Of a DNA stretch of 64,000 nt, positions 29,729 to 39,490 are shown piece by piece. The notes under the pieces were generated by a model. That model was not told the origin of the DNA. It saw nothing but the letters and a program-made list of their open reading frames with translations, and did not search any database. Source of the stretch: Candidatus Eiseniibacteriota bacterium (lineage in GTDB: Bacteria > Eisenbacteria > RBG-16-71-46 > CAVPCR01); the NCBI GenBank assembly GCA_963823555.1, contig CAWGMA010000002.1:661717-725716 (forward strand), given 5' to 3'. The position numbers and the translations under genes are program-made. Position 1 is the stretch's first letter, and every line of letters begins with the position of its first letter.

Positions 29729-30688
29729 ATGCGGACTCTGCTCGAATCTCAGTTCCTGCCGATGCTCGCCGCCGGCTTGCTGCTGGCTGCCTTGGCCCAC
29801 GCGCAGGATGGCCCCTGCCAAACCGCGTCCAGGTTCGGCCCCGATGATCAGATCGGGAACGTCAGGCACGTTACGCCGGCCAAGACGCTCTCCGCGTCGA
29901 AACTGATCACCGCGGGAAAGTCCTACCGGCTCGGCATCGAGACCAACAAGGACACGCCCGCATACGGCACGCGGAGATTCAGCATTACCGTGCTGCAACC
30001 GGACCAGGCCGGCGGCGTCGGTATGGGGCCGACCAAGACCACCTACAACGACGACATCATCACGGGCTGGGTCGGCATCGGTTCGCAGATCGACGGGTTG
30101 GGGCATGTCGGCATCGACAATGTCTATTTCAACTGCAACAGGGCGGCCGACTTCGTGCGCCCGGACGGCCTGACCAAGCTCGGTGTCGAGAACATCCCGG
30201 CGATTGTGACCCGGGGCGTTCTTCTCGACATCGCCGGGTATCTTGGCACCGACATCGTGAAGGAGGGCACCGCGATCAACCGGGCTGAGATCGAGGGGGC
30301 GATGAAGCGGCAGAGCATCAAGGCAATCGAGAAAGGTGATGTCGTGCTCTTTCACACGGGATGGATGCAGCTCCTCGGAAAGGACAACGAGCGCTTCATC
30401 TCCGTTGGCCCAGGCCTCGGGCGCGATGGCTCACGATACCTCGCCTCTTTGGAGGTGGCGGCGGTCGGCATCGACACGCCGAGCTTCGAGGTGATCCCCT
30501 TCGAGAACGGCGCCGGCGTATACGAGGTCCACCAGATCCTGCTGGCGATGAACGGCGTCTACCTGCTCGAGAGCATGAATACAGCCGAGCTTGCACGCGA
30601 CAAGGCGTGGGAGTTCTTCTTCACGCTTGGAACGCCGCGGATAACCGGTGGCGTGCAGGCGATCGTCAATCCGATAGCCATCAAGTAG
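29729..30688 (+). CDS. Cyclase family (kynurenine formamidase-like) metallohydrolase, secreted
   Basis: GPDDQIG, GSQIDGLGH, TRGVLLD, GDVVLFHTGW, VHQILL and NPIAIK motifs. Confidence 0.9.
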   Translation: MRTLLESQFLPMLAAGLLLAALAHAQDGPCQTASRFGPDDQIGNVRHVTPAKTLSASKLITAGKSYRLGIETNKDTPAYGTRRFSITVLQPDQAGGVGMGPTKTTYNDDIITGWVGIGSQIDGLGHVGIDNVYFNCNRAADFVRPDGLTKLGVENIPAIVTRGVLLDIAGYLGTDIVKEGTAINRAEIEGAMKRQSIKAIEKGDVVLFHTGWMQLLGKDNERFISVGPGLGRDGSRYLASLEVAAVGIDTPSFEVIPFENGAGVYEVHQILLAMNGVYLLESMNTAELARDKAWEFFFTLGTPRITGGVQAIVNPIAIK

Positions 30689-30816
30689 CCGCGAAGCAAG
30701 TCCGGTGGGTTCGGCGATCCAGTTGATCCGGGCTAGTCGACTCGACGAGATCTATCGCGGCCTGGGGTGGGCGGCGCCTCCTCCAGACCAGGACGCCGGT
30801 TGCCGATAACGTCCTC

Positions 30817-31580
30817 ATGGCCGGCGTCGTTCTGGTAGCTGCCTTCGTCCTTCCCCTGGGGCTTGCCCTGTGGTCGCACCGCGTCGCCCTGCGCGAGCGG
30901 CCCCCCTCGTACTTCGCCTTCATGCAGCGTAGCCAGTGGGTGGGTCTGGTCTCCGCCCTCCTCTGGCTCCCGCCGGCGTTCCGGCTCCTCTTGCCGGCAG
31001 TTCACGCGGGGTTGGGCGACAACGCCCCCTGGCTCAGGTGGGGGGTGGCCATGGGAGTCCTGGCGGGTCCACTCGTCGTTTCCCTCGCCACGCTCGCCGC
31101 TCTCGGCTTCGATGTCGCGCGCCGGGCGGGGCTCACTGATTGGACCTGGCGCGAGGCGCGCCGCGATGCCCTGCTCCTTCTCGCCGGCACGCTGCTCCCG
31201 CTCACGATAGGCGCCGAGCGCATAGGATCTTTCATCGGCCCTTTGGCCTGACCTCAAGTATAGGACGGGGGATTGGGGAAGGGGAGGAGCGTGTCGGGGG
31301 GGAGCGGAGGGGCCCATGGCGCCGCGATGGCACGGCGGGGCGATGGCATCGGCCCATTGCTGAGCGCGGCGCGCGGCTAGGGCACGGAGGTCCCCCACCA
31401 CTCCGGCGGGATGCGCGGAGCGTCGCGGGGTTCTGGGGAATGGTCCTGTTCTGGGGATTCGTATGGCCGTGGCTCCTGATCGCCGTCCATCGCCGCCCCC
31501 TCAGGCGGCTGGTCGAGCGCATCATCGGTGAGGTCGATGCTGCGGGCGTTCCGGCGGGGTCGCCGCACCGAGCTGCCTGA
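30817..31580 (+). pseudogene. Membrane protein interrupted by the mini-IS91 element
   Basis: Hydrophobic ORF up to 31217; hydrophobic coding sequence resumes after 31433 (may come from a different gene). Confidence 0.5.
31218..31433 (-). mobile_element. 216-bp mini-IS91/ISCR element, copy 2
   Basis: Same length and nearly the same sequence as 13001-13216. Confidence 0.85.
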
Positions 31581-32538
31581 GCCTGCCGTGCCCGTCCGTT
31601 CCGTGCTCGGGCCGGCGCTCAGGTCCGCCCTCGTCTTCGCCGACGAGGCGACGTCCATCGTCCTGACGCAGTCCCTCTACGTTTTCCACTTCCCGGTCGC
31701 CGCCGGCGGCAGGATGTTCGCGCGAGCGGCCGGCCGGCGCGGGGCGCTCCCCGCTCCGGCCGAGCGCGGGCTCTACGAGCTCGCGGCCGACGGCTCGAAC
31801 GCGGTACGGCGGATCGGCCCGCTGATGGGCGACGGATCGGCGGGCGATCTCTTCGTCAACGCGACCGGGACCCGCATCGGCTACGTCAGCGGAATGGACC
31901 GGCGCCAGTTCATCTTCCTCCACGATGTTACGACCGGGACGCTTCTCCATCAGATCGATGTCACCGAGATGTTTCTGGACTGCTACGCCACGAGCGTCGG
32001 CTGGGTCCCGGGACGCGAGCGGCTCTACTTCTCGCTCGACACCGGGGATGCCGACCTCACCTCGGAGGAATCGTACGACCGGGTGGGGACGTACTTGATG
32101 GACGAAGACGGCAGCCATCTCGAGCGACTTGCTGTGTTGCCGCTCGACGACGGATCGCCGCCGCTCCTGGCGGCACGGGCGATCGGAGTGCTGCCGAGCG
32201 GCGAGTATCTCTTCGAAACGATGCAGCCCGCGAGCGGGGAGGAGCGCGAGCGCCATCCGTTCCGCTTCTCCCTGATCCGGGCGCGGGCGGACATGGGAGA
32301 GGGCACGGACGTGAGCTTCACCCCGGCGGCCACGTTGTATACCGGGATCCAGGTCGCATACTCGCTTTCCTCCTCAGGACGGTACGTCGCGGCGGCGAGC
32401 CTCCCGCTGTCCGGCCGGGCCGACTCGTGCGACGTGTGGCTCAAGGACCTGGACCGCGGCGAGGAGCGGATCGTCGTGTCCATCCCGACGGCGGGCTTGC
32501 CGGGACCGTTCCTGGGGCTTGCCGGTTGGTTCGAGTAG
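31537..32538 (+). CDS. Hypothetical protein, possibly beta-propeller
   Basis: Long ORF with GC3-biased codons; TolB-like segments (LSSSGRYVA, VWLKDLD); start uncertain. Confidence 0.55.
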   Translation: MLRAFRRGRRTELPEPAVPVRSVLGPALRSALVFADEATSIVLTQSLYVFHFPVAAGGRMFARAAGRRGALPAPAERGLYELAADGSNAVRRIGPLMGDGSAGDLFVNATGTRIGYVSGMDRRQFIFLHDVTTGTLLHQIDVTEMFLDCYATSVGWVPGRERLYFSLDTGDADLTSEESYDRVGTYLMDEDGSHLERLAVLPLDDGSPPLLAARAIGVLPSGEYLFETMQPASGEERERHPFRFSLIRARADMGEGTDVSFTPAATLYTGIQVAYSLSSSGRYVAAASLPLSGRADSCDVWLKDLDRGEERIVVSIPTAGLPGPFLGLAGWFE

Positions 32539-32680
32539 CCGCTGCTCCACGCCTCGCTTCAGGAGGCGGAGAACTTCGCTTGCTTCGGCGGCCAGTACCG
32601 GGAGTACATGGCGCGCACTCGCCGGTTCATCCCATTCGTTGTATGATGTACATGGGTGCGCGCGCGGGGATGGTGGGACC

Positions 32681-33274
32681 ATGCACGTCTACATAGTCTT
32701 CGCTCATCCGAGCCACAAGTCCTTCAGCAAGAGCGTGCTCGCCGCCTTCACCCGGGGTCTCGAGGAAGCGAGGCACAGCTACGAAGTCGCCGACCTCTAC
32801 GCGATCGGCTTTCAGTCGGAGATGGATGAAGCGCAGTACCTCCGAGAGACCTCCGGAAGCCCGGATCTGCCGGTGCCCCGAGACGTCGAGCGCGAGCAGG
32901 CCAGGATCAACGGCGCCGGTGGGCTGGTCTTCATCTATCCGGTGTGGTGGAGCGATTGTCCGGCGAAGCTCAAGGGGTGGTTCGACCGGGTCTTCACCTG
33001 CGGGTACGCCTACCTCTATGATGCGACCGGGACTCGCCGCACCAGGATGAGCATCGAGAAGGCACTTGTCGTGTGCTCGGCGGGCCACACGGCGGAGCAC
33101 CTGGAGGAGACCGGCATCGCGGACAGCATGCGGCGCATCATGCTGAACGACCGCCTGCTCGGGGTCGGCGTCAAGGAAGCCCACATGGAGATCCTCGGCG
33201 GCATGATGCCGCTCGACGACACGCACCGCGAGCGGAATCTGCGGAGAGCCTACGAGCTGGGCAGGGGGTTCTGA
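32681..33274 (+). CDS. NAD(P)H dehydrogenase (quinone), flavodoxin-like fold
   Basis: VFAHPS..SF, DLY and FIYPVWWSDCPAKLKGWFDRVF motifs. Confidence 0.92.
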   Translation: MHVYIVFAHPSHKSFSKSVLAAFTRGLEEARHSYEVADLYAIGFQSEMDEAQYLRETSGSPDLPVPRDVEREQARINGAGGLVFIYPVWWSDCPAKLKGWFDRVFTCGYAYLYDATGTRRTRMSIEKALVVCSAGHTAEHLEETGIADSMRRIMLNDRLLGVGVKEAHMEILGGMMPLDDTHRERNLRRAYELGRGF

Positions 33275-33369
33275 GGGTTCGTCGCGGCACCGGAGGCGCC
33301 GGCGGAGAGCGCGTGCCGCGCACATTGCCGGCTGGCAGCACGCCCGCCGAGCGACGGAGGCGATTCGAG

Positions 33370-33756
33370 TTGGCCATTCTGGTGGTGCGGTTGGGCAGCC
33401 CGCGGACACGCGATGAGGGCCTGCGCCTGGGGACGGTGCGCCGCCCGCCGCGCGGCGTGCCGAAGGCGGAGTACGCGTCCCGGAACTTCTACGATGTGTG
33501 GGTGCCGGAGCTCGCGCCCTCGGAGGGCTTGCTCAAGGAGGCGCTCGGAGCTTCCGACGAGCGCGCATGGCGGAGCTTCGTGCGGCGATACCGCGCCGAG
33601 ATGAAGCGCCCCGAGGCCACGCGCCTCCTCGCACTCCTGGCCGCGCTCTCCCGCCAGACCAACCTCTCGGTGGGCTGCTACTGCGCGGACGAGGAGCGCT
33701 GCCACCGTTCCGTCCTCAGGTCGCTGTTGCAGGAGCATGGGGCCGACCTGGCTTGA
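33370..33756 (+). CDS. DUF488 family protein
   Basis: VRLGSPR..EGLRLGTVRRPPRGVPK..ELAPS; VGCYC..EERCHRS. Confidence 0.85.
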   Translation: MAILVVRLGSPRTRDEGLRLGTVRRPPRGVPKAEYASRNFYDVWVPELAPSEGLLKEALGASDERAWRSFVRRYRAEMKRPEATRLLALLAALSRQTNLSVGCYCADEERCHRSVLRSLLQEHGADLA

Positions 33757-33776
33757 TGGAGGTCGGCGCGGCGGTG

Positions 33777-34193
33777 ATGCAGTTGAAGGGACCCATAAGA
33801 GCTCTGCTGATCATCTTGGGCACCCTATGTGTGGTGCTGGGACTGCTGGGCATGCTCTTGCCGCTGCTGCCCACCACTCCCTTCCTGCTGCTGGCAGCTA
33901 TCTGCTATGCTCGTAGCTCAGAGAGGTTCTATCGCTGGCTGATAGCCAATCGCTGGTGTGGAGCGTACATCAGGAACTTCCGAGAAGGCAGACACATACC
34001 AGTCAAGCAGAGGGCACTCACCATCCTGTTGCTTTGGCTGACAGTCGGCTCTACGGCGTGGTTGGCGATTCCACATTGGTGGCTGGTGTTGATTCTGCTT
34101 GGCGTTGCCATCGGAGTCACCACCTATCTGTTGAGACTGTGGCCATTCAGACCGAAACCACAACCTCGCCCATCGCTGACGGAGTTCGAGTAG
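33777..34193 (+). CDS. YbaN (DUF454) family membrane protein
   Basis: LPLLPTTPFLLLAAICYARSSERFYRWL; GC content visibly lower than the neighbours. Confidence 0.9.
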   Translation: MQLKGPIRALLIILGTLCVVLGLLGMLLPLLPTTPFLLLAAICYARSSERFYRWLIANRWCGAYIRNFREGRHIPVKQRALTILLLWLTVGSTAWLAIPHWWLVLILLGVAIGVTTYLLRLWPFRPKPQPRPSLTEFE

Positions 34194-34200
34194 GAGTCAC

Positions 34201-34581
34201 TGTACTAGTCCAGCGATTCTCGGCCCGAACTCCCTGCCGCTATCCAGTTTCAAGCGTTGATCTTACGGCTCTTGTTCGGCCCTTCAGCCCCTGAATTCAG
34301 GAGGACCCACCTGGAGGCTTCTGGCACCCCCTGCGCTCGTACCCCCCTCGGCGCGGGTGAGGGTCCACCCGTCGCGGCCAGCGACATGGCCTGGAACAGG
34401 GCGGAGCGGACGTACCGCGTCCAGCTTGTCGGCAGGGCGACGGTGTGTGACACGCGAGTGGACATCATCCTGCGCCTCCCGGAATTCAATTGCGAGATCG
34501 TTCACGCGCAAAGGACAACATCCGCTCTCGCAACACATTCAGCCGCGGGGGCGGGGCGCCGAGAATCGCTGGATCAGTACA
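34201..34581. mobile_element. 381-bp MITE (family A, copy 2)
   Basis: Same TIRs and length as 7136-7516, with a few substitutions. Confidence 0.85.
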
Positions 34582-34646
34582 GGGCAGGTGCCGCCGGCGA
34601 GCGCGGGCGGTTCTTCCGCACCCGCCGCGAGCAGGACTCTCTCCGG

Positions 34647-34890
34647 GAGCGAGGGAGTTTCGCGTCCCATCCGCCCATTTCGCGACCCCATCTCGGGCCG
34701 CCAACGCGTACGGTTCGCTAACAAAGAGTCGCGCCCGCCGCGCGCGTACTCGCAACTCGGTGCCATTTCTCGCGTAACGCCGCGACCCCGGCGGATCGCT
34801 CCACGGGGCCACACGTCAACCACGGGGTCGCTTGCAGCTCGCGACTCCGGACGTTGGCTCCCCACCTTGGACGGTGTGCGAACGATTCTC
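34647..34890 (-). repeat. Structured repeat with tRNA-like 3' end (copy A)
   Basis: Aligns by eye with 54535-54780 and, inverted, with 44815-45080. Confidence 0.75.
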
Positions 34891-34959
34891 GTTCTTCGAG
34901 CGCCCCGGTCATCCGGCCGGACATCCGCCTCCCCCCGCGGCCGAGAGCCCCCTCCATCC

Positions 34960-35075
34960 CGAGGCGACCAGGGAGATGGCATGGAGCAGGGCCGATCGGA
35001 CGTGCTGCGTCCAGCTTCTCGGCAGCGCGACGCGGTGCGAGACGTGAGAGGACGTCATCCTGCGCTCCCGGTAAT
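34960..35075 (-). mobile_element. Diverged transposase N-terminus related to the interior of MITE A
   Basis: MTSSHVSHRVALPRSWTQHVRSALLHAISL vs MMSTRVSHTVALPTSWTRYVRSALFQAMSL, with many synonymous changes. Confidence 0.65.
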
Positions 35076-35133
35076 TCCGCTGCCGCTCTTCGCAGTGGAC
35101 CCGCCGCCCGTGCCAAGGTAGAATCGGTTCCGC

Positions 35134-35610
35134 ATGGACTTCGGTGAAGCCAAACGAATCCTGGCCGCCTTCGAGCGAGAGGGAGTCCGTTACGTGCTCG
35201 TGGGCTCGATGGCCATGGCCGCGCAGGGGCTCATCCGAGCCACGCGGGACATGGACTTGTTCGTGGCTGCCGACCCGGAGAACATCGCCCGTCTCCGCCG
35301 TGCGCTCAAGACGCTCTTCCCTGAGGATCCCAATGTGGACCTGATCACGGCAGAGGACCTCGGGGGAAGCTATCCCGCGATCGAGTACACACCACCTCAT
35401 GGCCTCTACTCGCTCGACATCCTGACCCGGCTTGGCGAGGCGTTCCGGTTCGAGGACTTGGAGGCGGAGGCGATCGTCGTGGAGGGCATCACGATCCGGG
35501 TTGCCACGCCGCGCGCGCTTTACCGCATGAAGAGGGGGACGGCCCGCCCGCAGGACCGCATTGACGCCGCCGCTATCCGTGAACGATTCGATCTCCCGGA
35601 GGATGCCTGA
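35134..35610 (+). CDS. Nucleotidyltransferase (DUF6036/AbiEii-like), putative toxin-antitoxin component
   Basis: YVLVGSMA...RATRDMDL (G-[GS]..DxD), MKRGTARPQDRID. Confidence 0.85.
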   Translation: MDFGEAKRILAAFEREGVRYVLVGSMAMAAQGLIRATRDMDLFVAADPENIARLRRALKTLFPEDPNVDLITAEDLGGSYPAIEYTPPHGLYSLDILTRLGEAFRFEDLEAEAIVVEGITIRVATPRALYRMKRGTARPQDRIDAAAIRERFDLPEDA

Positions 35611-35815
35611 TGGGAGTGCGGCGATACCGATCCGTGGAGGATATGCCCGCGGGCTCTCCCCGCCGCCCGCTGGATCCCGAGAACCTGGTGATTGCTTTCG
35701 GGCTCATGGATCTCGCGCACCGCATCGCCGCATTGTCATTCCCGCCCGGCATCAAGAAGTACCGCTCCCATGACGAAATGCTGCGCGCGCGCGAACGGTG
35801 GGCGGCGGCCGGGAC
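35610..35815 (+). CDS. Small partner protein of the nucleotidyltransferase; 3' end replaced by IS sequence
   Basis: TGATG coupling; duplicated motif GVRRYRSVEDM / GIKKYRSHDEM. Confidence 0.7.
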
Positions 35816-35819
35816 CCAC

Positions 35820-36105
35820 GGGTCACGCGACGGAGACGATTGCGGACTTCAAGGCCGCGGGGATCCGCACCTACATCCCCGAACCCAAAACCCCCGGGGG
35901 CCGTCGCCTCTGGAAGGGTAAACCACCGGCCCCGTAGTATCTGCCTGTGCCTCCCGAAAACTGTCTCCCTGTCTGTCCCTCCACCCAGCAGCGTGGCGTA
36001 CAGACTCTTGTCGTCCATGACCGGTCCTCCAGGGGGTACTCGCCCGCCCCGAAGGTAGCACCGGTCAGCTCAGCTCGTTTCGCCCACACGAAAGCCTGAA
36101 GAGCC
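35820..36105. mobile_element. Stacked IS scraps: DDE transposase fragment, family-B-like TIR and ISL3 left end with start of the transposase
   Basis: AAGIRTYIPEPK..RRLWKGKP (+); TGTGCCTCCCGAAAAC at ~35946; on minus, GGCTCTTCAG end at 36105 and MDDKSLYATLLG. Confidence 0.65.
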
Positions 36106-36642
36106 GATATTTCATCGGGCTTTTGGCCTGACCTCAAGTGTAGGAGGGGGGATTGGGGAAGGGAAGGAGCGTGTCGGGGGGGAGCGGAGGGGCCCATGGC
36201 GCCGCGATGGCACGGCGGGGCGATGGCATCGGCCCATCATTGAGCGCGGCGTGCGGCAAGGGCACGGAGGTCTCCCATCACTCCGGCGGGATGCGCGGAG
36301 CGTCGCGGGGTTCGCTGCCGTTTTGGGGCGGGCCGGTGGTGGTGGCATGGCTTGCCCATAGCCCCGTCACCAGCGCGGGTGAGGTGTCACGACGGTGGCG
36401 GCCGGGCCGATGGAGACCGCGAGGCGGGGGGTGCCTCACCAACATCGTCCACGCGATCGTGGTCGAGCGGCGCTGCCTCATCCCACATCTCAAGCGGGAG
36501 CTCGGTTGCCTCGGCTCGCGCCAGCGCTGGTGGCGCGGTGGGCAGGCGGAGATGGCGGAGGATCGAGGTCAGCACCTTGGGGTCGGAGATGAGGGCGAGG
36601 ACGGCCATGGCGGAGGTGCAGCGGGGACAGCGCAGAGCGTCG
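36106..36642 (-). mobile_element. IS91/ISCR partial copy (oriIS end plus transposase C-terminus)
   Basis: Matches 39510-40050; DALRCPRCTSAMAVLALISDPKVLTSILRHLRLP. Confidence 0.85.
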
Positions 36643-36749
36643 GCGGGTGAGGGCGAGGGGGGGCGCGGGCCGCATAGCGAGCGAGCGGCAAGAGGCCGCC
36701 GAGGTCATCCCCATCGAACCACGTCAGCGCAGCCATGGGCGCTTCTACT

Positions 36750-36960
36750 GTGATCCGTCACGCCGGCGGGGGCTCGCCGTCGGCGATAGGCCCGTTGCCG
36801 ATCCCGTTGATCGAGCCGGTCTTCCTCGCTTTGCTGGTGTCGGCGGTTCGCCTCGCGTCGCTGCCCGCACCGCGCTTGGACGCGCCGAAGGCGGCCACGA
36901 AGAACTCGACCGGGAGGCACTCGCCGGTCCTGGGATCGACCAGGTGGGGCTTCTGGCCGG
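36750..36960 (-). mobile_element. IS21-like remnant (istA fragment plus associated small-ORF fragment)
   Basis: GQKPHLVDPRTGECLPVEFFVAAFGAS and QRREANRRHQQSEEDRLDQRDRQRAYRRR. Confidence 0.6.
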
Positions 36961-37042
36961 CGGTGAGCTGGGCCGGCTCCCAGGCCGGCCCAGGTTGCGG
37001 ATCACAGCGGCGAGTCCAGTGCTCTCGTCACCCGTGGATTGC

Positions 37043-38953
37043 CTACTGGATCTTGATCAGCTTCCCGGTCATCTTCGGAGTTCCGGTCGGTCCGGTCACT
37101 CTATAGAAGTAGGTCCCCCGTGCCAGATCGCGCCCAGACGCGTCGCGCCCGTCCCATGGGAGCTCGAAAGACCCACTGGGGGCGAGGCTCTCGCTCAGCC
37201 GAGCCACCTGACGGCCTGCTACGTCGTAGACCCTGACCTCTACCCGACCACCGGCATCGGTATCGAGATGGAAGGCCGTGGCACTGGAGAAGGGGTTCGG
37301 AGCCACGCTCACCATGAGCGTGCCTGCTACGGGGGGCGCCTCCGCCACTCCCGTCGTGCCTCCCGCACAGGCCCAGGCGGCGATGTTGTTCGCGAGCAGG
37401 GTGTTGTCCGCATTGCCGATCAGCGAATTGGTGAGCATGTTGTGGTCACCGAGGACGAGGATGCGCCCGTCGGCGAGGAAGCCGGTTGCCGGCTCGAGAA
37501 CGACCATGAAGTCGTTCCCGAACCCGTTGTTGCCGAGGAGGAGCGCGTCGGGACCATACGTGAAAGTGCACTCGGTGGCGTAGGCGTAGGAGCTGACCCC
37601 GTTCGTGATCGGATGGGCGGTGACCGGGGACCCGGATCCGCTGTGGCTGAGTGCCTGGTAGTTGGTCACCTGGTAGAAGGACGTGAACGACTCGTAGGCG
37701 GGCAGGGAGAGGATGTCGGCGGACACGATCAGGGTGCCGCCGGCCGCGATCCAGTTCTGGAGGGCGGTCTGTTCGGCGGGGGCGAGGGCGCCGGTCGACG
37801 TGCTGAGGAGCGAGGTGTAGAAGACGTCGACGGTGCTCAGGTAGGCCGGAGTCAGGGTCGGGGTCGGCGGCGCGGCGTAGCCACCGTTGCTCGTGATGAT
37901 GCTGCGTAGAGTCGAGTGAGCGCTGCCGGTGAGCGGACCGCTGGCGTAGTTGATGCGCGAGCCGTCGAAGCTGCCCCAGGCGCAGCTGGACGGCGGGGTG
38001 CAGGCCCAGGCGGCGATGTTGTTCGCGAGCAGGGTGTTGTCCGCATTGCCGATCAGCGAATTGGTGAGCATGTTGTGGTCACCGAGGACGAGGATGCGCC
38101 CGTCGGCGAGGAAGCCGGTTGCCGGCTCGAGAACGACCATGAAGTCGTTCCCGAACCCGTTGTTGCCGAGGAGGAGCGCGTCGGGACCATACGTGAAAGT
38201 GCACTCGGTGGCGTAGGCGTAGGAGCTGACCCCGTTCGTGATCGGATGGGCGGTGACCGGGGACCCGGATCCGCTGTGGCTGAGTGCCTGGTAGTTGGTC
38301 ACCTGGTAGAAGGACGTGAACGACTCGTAGGCGGGCAGGGAGAGGATGTCGGCGGACACGATCAGGGTGCCGCCGGCCGCGATCCAGTTCTGGAGGGCGG
38401 TCTGTTCGGCGGGGGCGAGGGCGCCGGTCGACGTGCTGAGGAGCGAGGTGTAGAAGACGTCGACGGTGCTCAGGTAGGCCGGAGTCAGGGTCGGGGTCGG
38501 CGGCGCGATGGAGCCGCCGTTGCTCGTGATGATGCTGCGTAGAGTCGAGTGAGCGTTGCCGGTGAGCTGGCCGTCGGTGTAGTTGATGCGCGAGCCGTCG
38601 AAGCTGCCCCAGGCGCAGGTGAGATTGGCAAGGACATCGGGCGGATCGGTGACGAGCCCTGGTCCTCCGGCTGAGTCATCCCCGCCAGCCAGCGCGGCCG
38701 GCGTCTCGCTTTGTCCCACGTTTGGTGCCGCCGGCGGCGGTCCTCCGGCGGAGTCATCCCCGCCAACCAGCGCCGCCGACGTCTCGCTCGGTCCCACGTT
38801 TGGTGCCGCCGGCCGGCTCACCGCATCCTGGCCGACAACAACAGAGTTGGGCTCGAAGATGAGCGGACTGCCTGCGGCAGACTGGATCGCGAGCGTGACC
38901 CCGAGGGACATGCAGAGGATGAAGGACCAGAAAGTGCTGTGCTGATAACGCAT
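37043..38953 (-). CDS. Secreted protein with two tandem GATase-like (DUF4350-like) domains and FlgD-Ig C-terminus
   Basis: Signal peptide; twice LTPAYLSTVDVF..EQTALQNWIAAGGTL..HPITNGV..GRILVLGD..NTLLANNIAAW; APNPF..VYDVAGR..WDGRD..GTYF. Confidence 0.85.
   Translation of the reverse strand: MRYQHSTFWSFILCMSLGVTLAIQSAAGSPLIFEPNSVVVGQDAVSRPAAPNVGPSETSAALVGGDDSAGGPPPAAPNVGQSETPAALAGGDDSAGGPGLVTDPPDVLANLTCAWGSFDGSRINYTDGQLTGNAHSTLRSIITSNGGSIAPPTPTLTPAYLSTVDVFYTSLLSTSTGALAPAEQTALQNWIAAGGTLIVSADILSLPAYESFTSFYQVTNYQALSHSGSGSPVTAHPITNGVSSYAYATECTFTYGPDALLLGNNGFGNDFMVVLEPATGFLADGRILVLGDHNMLTNSLIGNADNTLLANNIAAWACTPPSSCAWGSFDGSRINYASGPLTGSAHSTLRSIITSNGGYAAPPTPTLTPAYLSTVDVFYTSLLSTSTGALAPAEQTALQNWIAAGGTLIVSADILSLPAYESFTSFYQVTNYQALSHSGSGSPVTAHPITNGVSSYAYATECTFTYGPDALLLGNNGFGNDFMVVLEPATGFLADGRILVLGDHNMLTNSLIGNADNTLLANNIAAWACAGGTTGVAEAPPVAGTLMVSVAPNPFSSATAFHLDTDAGGRVEVRVYDVAGRQVARLSESLAPSGSFELPWDGRDASGRDLARGTYFYRVTGPTGTPKMTGKLIKIQ
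37368..38618. repeat. Intragenic tandem duplication: 618-bp units with a 633-bp period
   Basis: 37368-37985 vs 38001-38618 are nearly identical. Confidence 0.95.
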
Positions 38954-39490
38954 GGTGAGCCTCCGCTGGCGCTAGTCGCAGTGCTGCCGAACGCAGAGTG
39001 CTCGGCCGAAGCTGCGCTGTGCGACCAGGACGACGTGATCCGCCGAGGTTGCCAGGTTACGAGAGACGCATCCTGTGCATTTCCCCAATGAAATGACAGG
39101 ATCACATGGACAGCAATTCAGGTTCGGGTGCGAACCACAATCCATGTAATAGGCTAGCAGCGCTCAGCAGAAAACGCAACGCTCTTGACGAGTGCAGGCA
39201 GGCTCTCCGCGCGGGGGGGTGCTCAGGGGTAGACGGGATAAGGGATAAGGGATAGGAATTTCCTTTCGTCAATAAGCCCGGGAGGAGGAGGAGAACGGGG
39301 AGCCAAGCCGCGCGCGCGACCGACCGGGAGGCGACCGCGGCGTGGCGTGACCGGCGACTGCGCGTCGTGGCCCGACGTTGCCGCGGGGTGGCCGCGGCCG
39401 CCGCACCGCGATGCGGCCCCGCCGACCGACACCCGATCCCGCAGGGCGCGCCTCTCCCCTTGCGCTGCCGATGGTGATCGGCAGCAGCCG

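Noticed and set aside
29700..34200. Integron cassette array (run of small same-strand accessory genes)
   Set aside because: No RYYYAAC..GTTRRRY attC structures were found between genes, and no IntI is present.
7136..34581. 27-kb composite transposon bounded by MITE A copies
   Set aside because: No target duplication at the outer ends, and the interior is itself a mosaic; independent insertions are equally plausible.
37368..38618. Diversity-generating retroelement template/variable repeat pair
   Set aside because: Both repeats lie in frame within one gene, the mismatches are not adenine-specific, and no reverse transcriptase is present.
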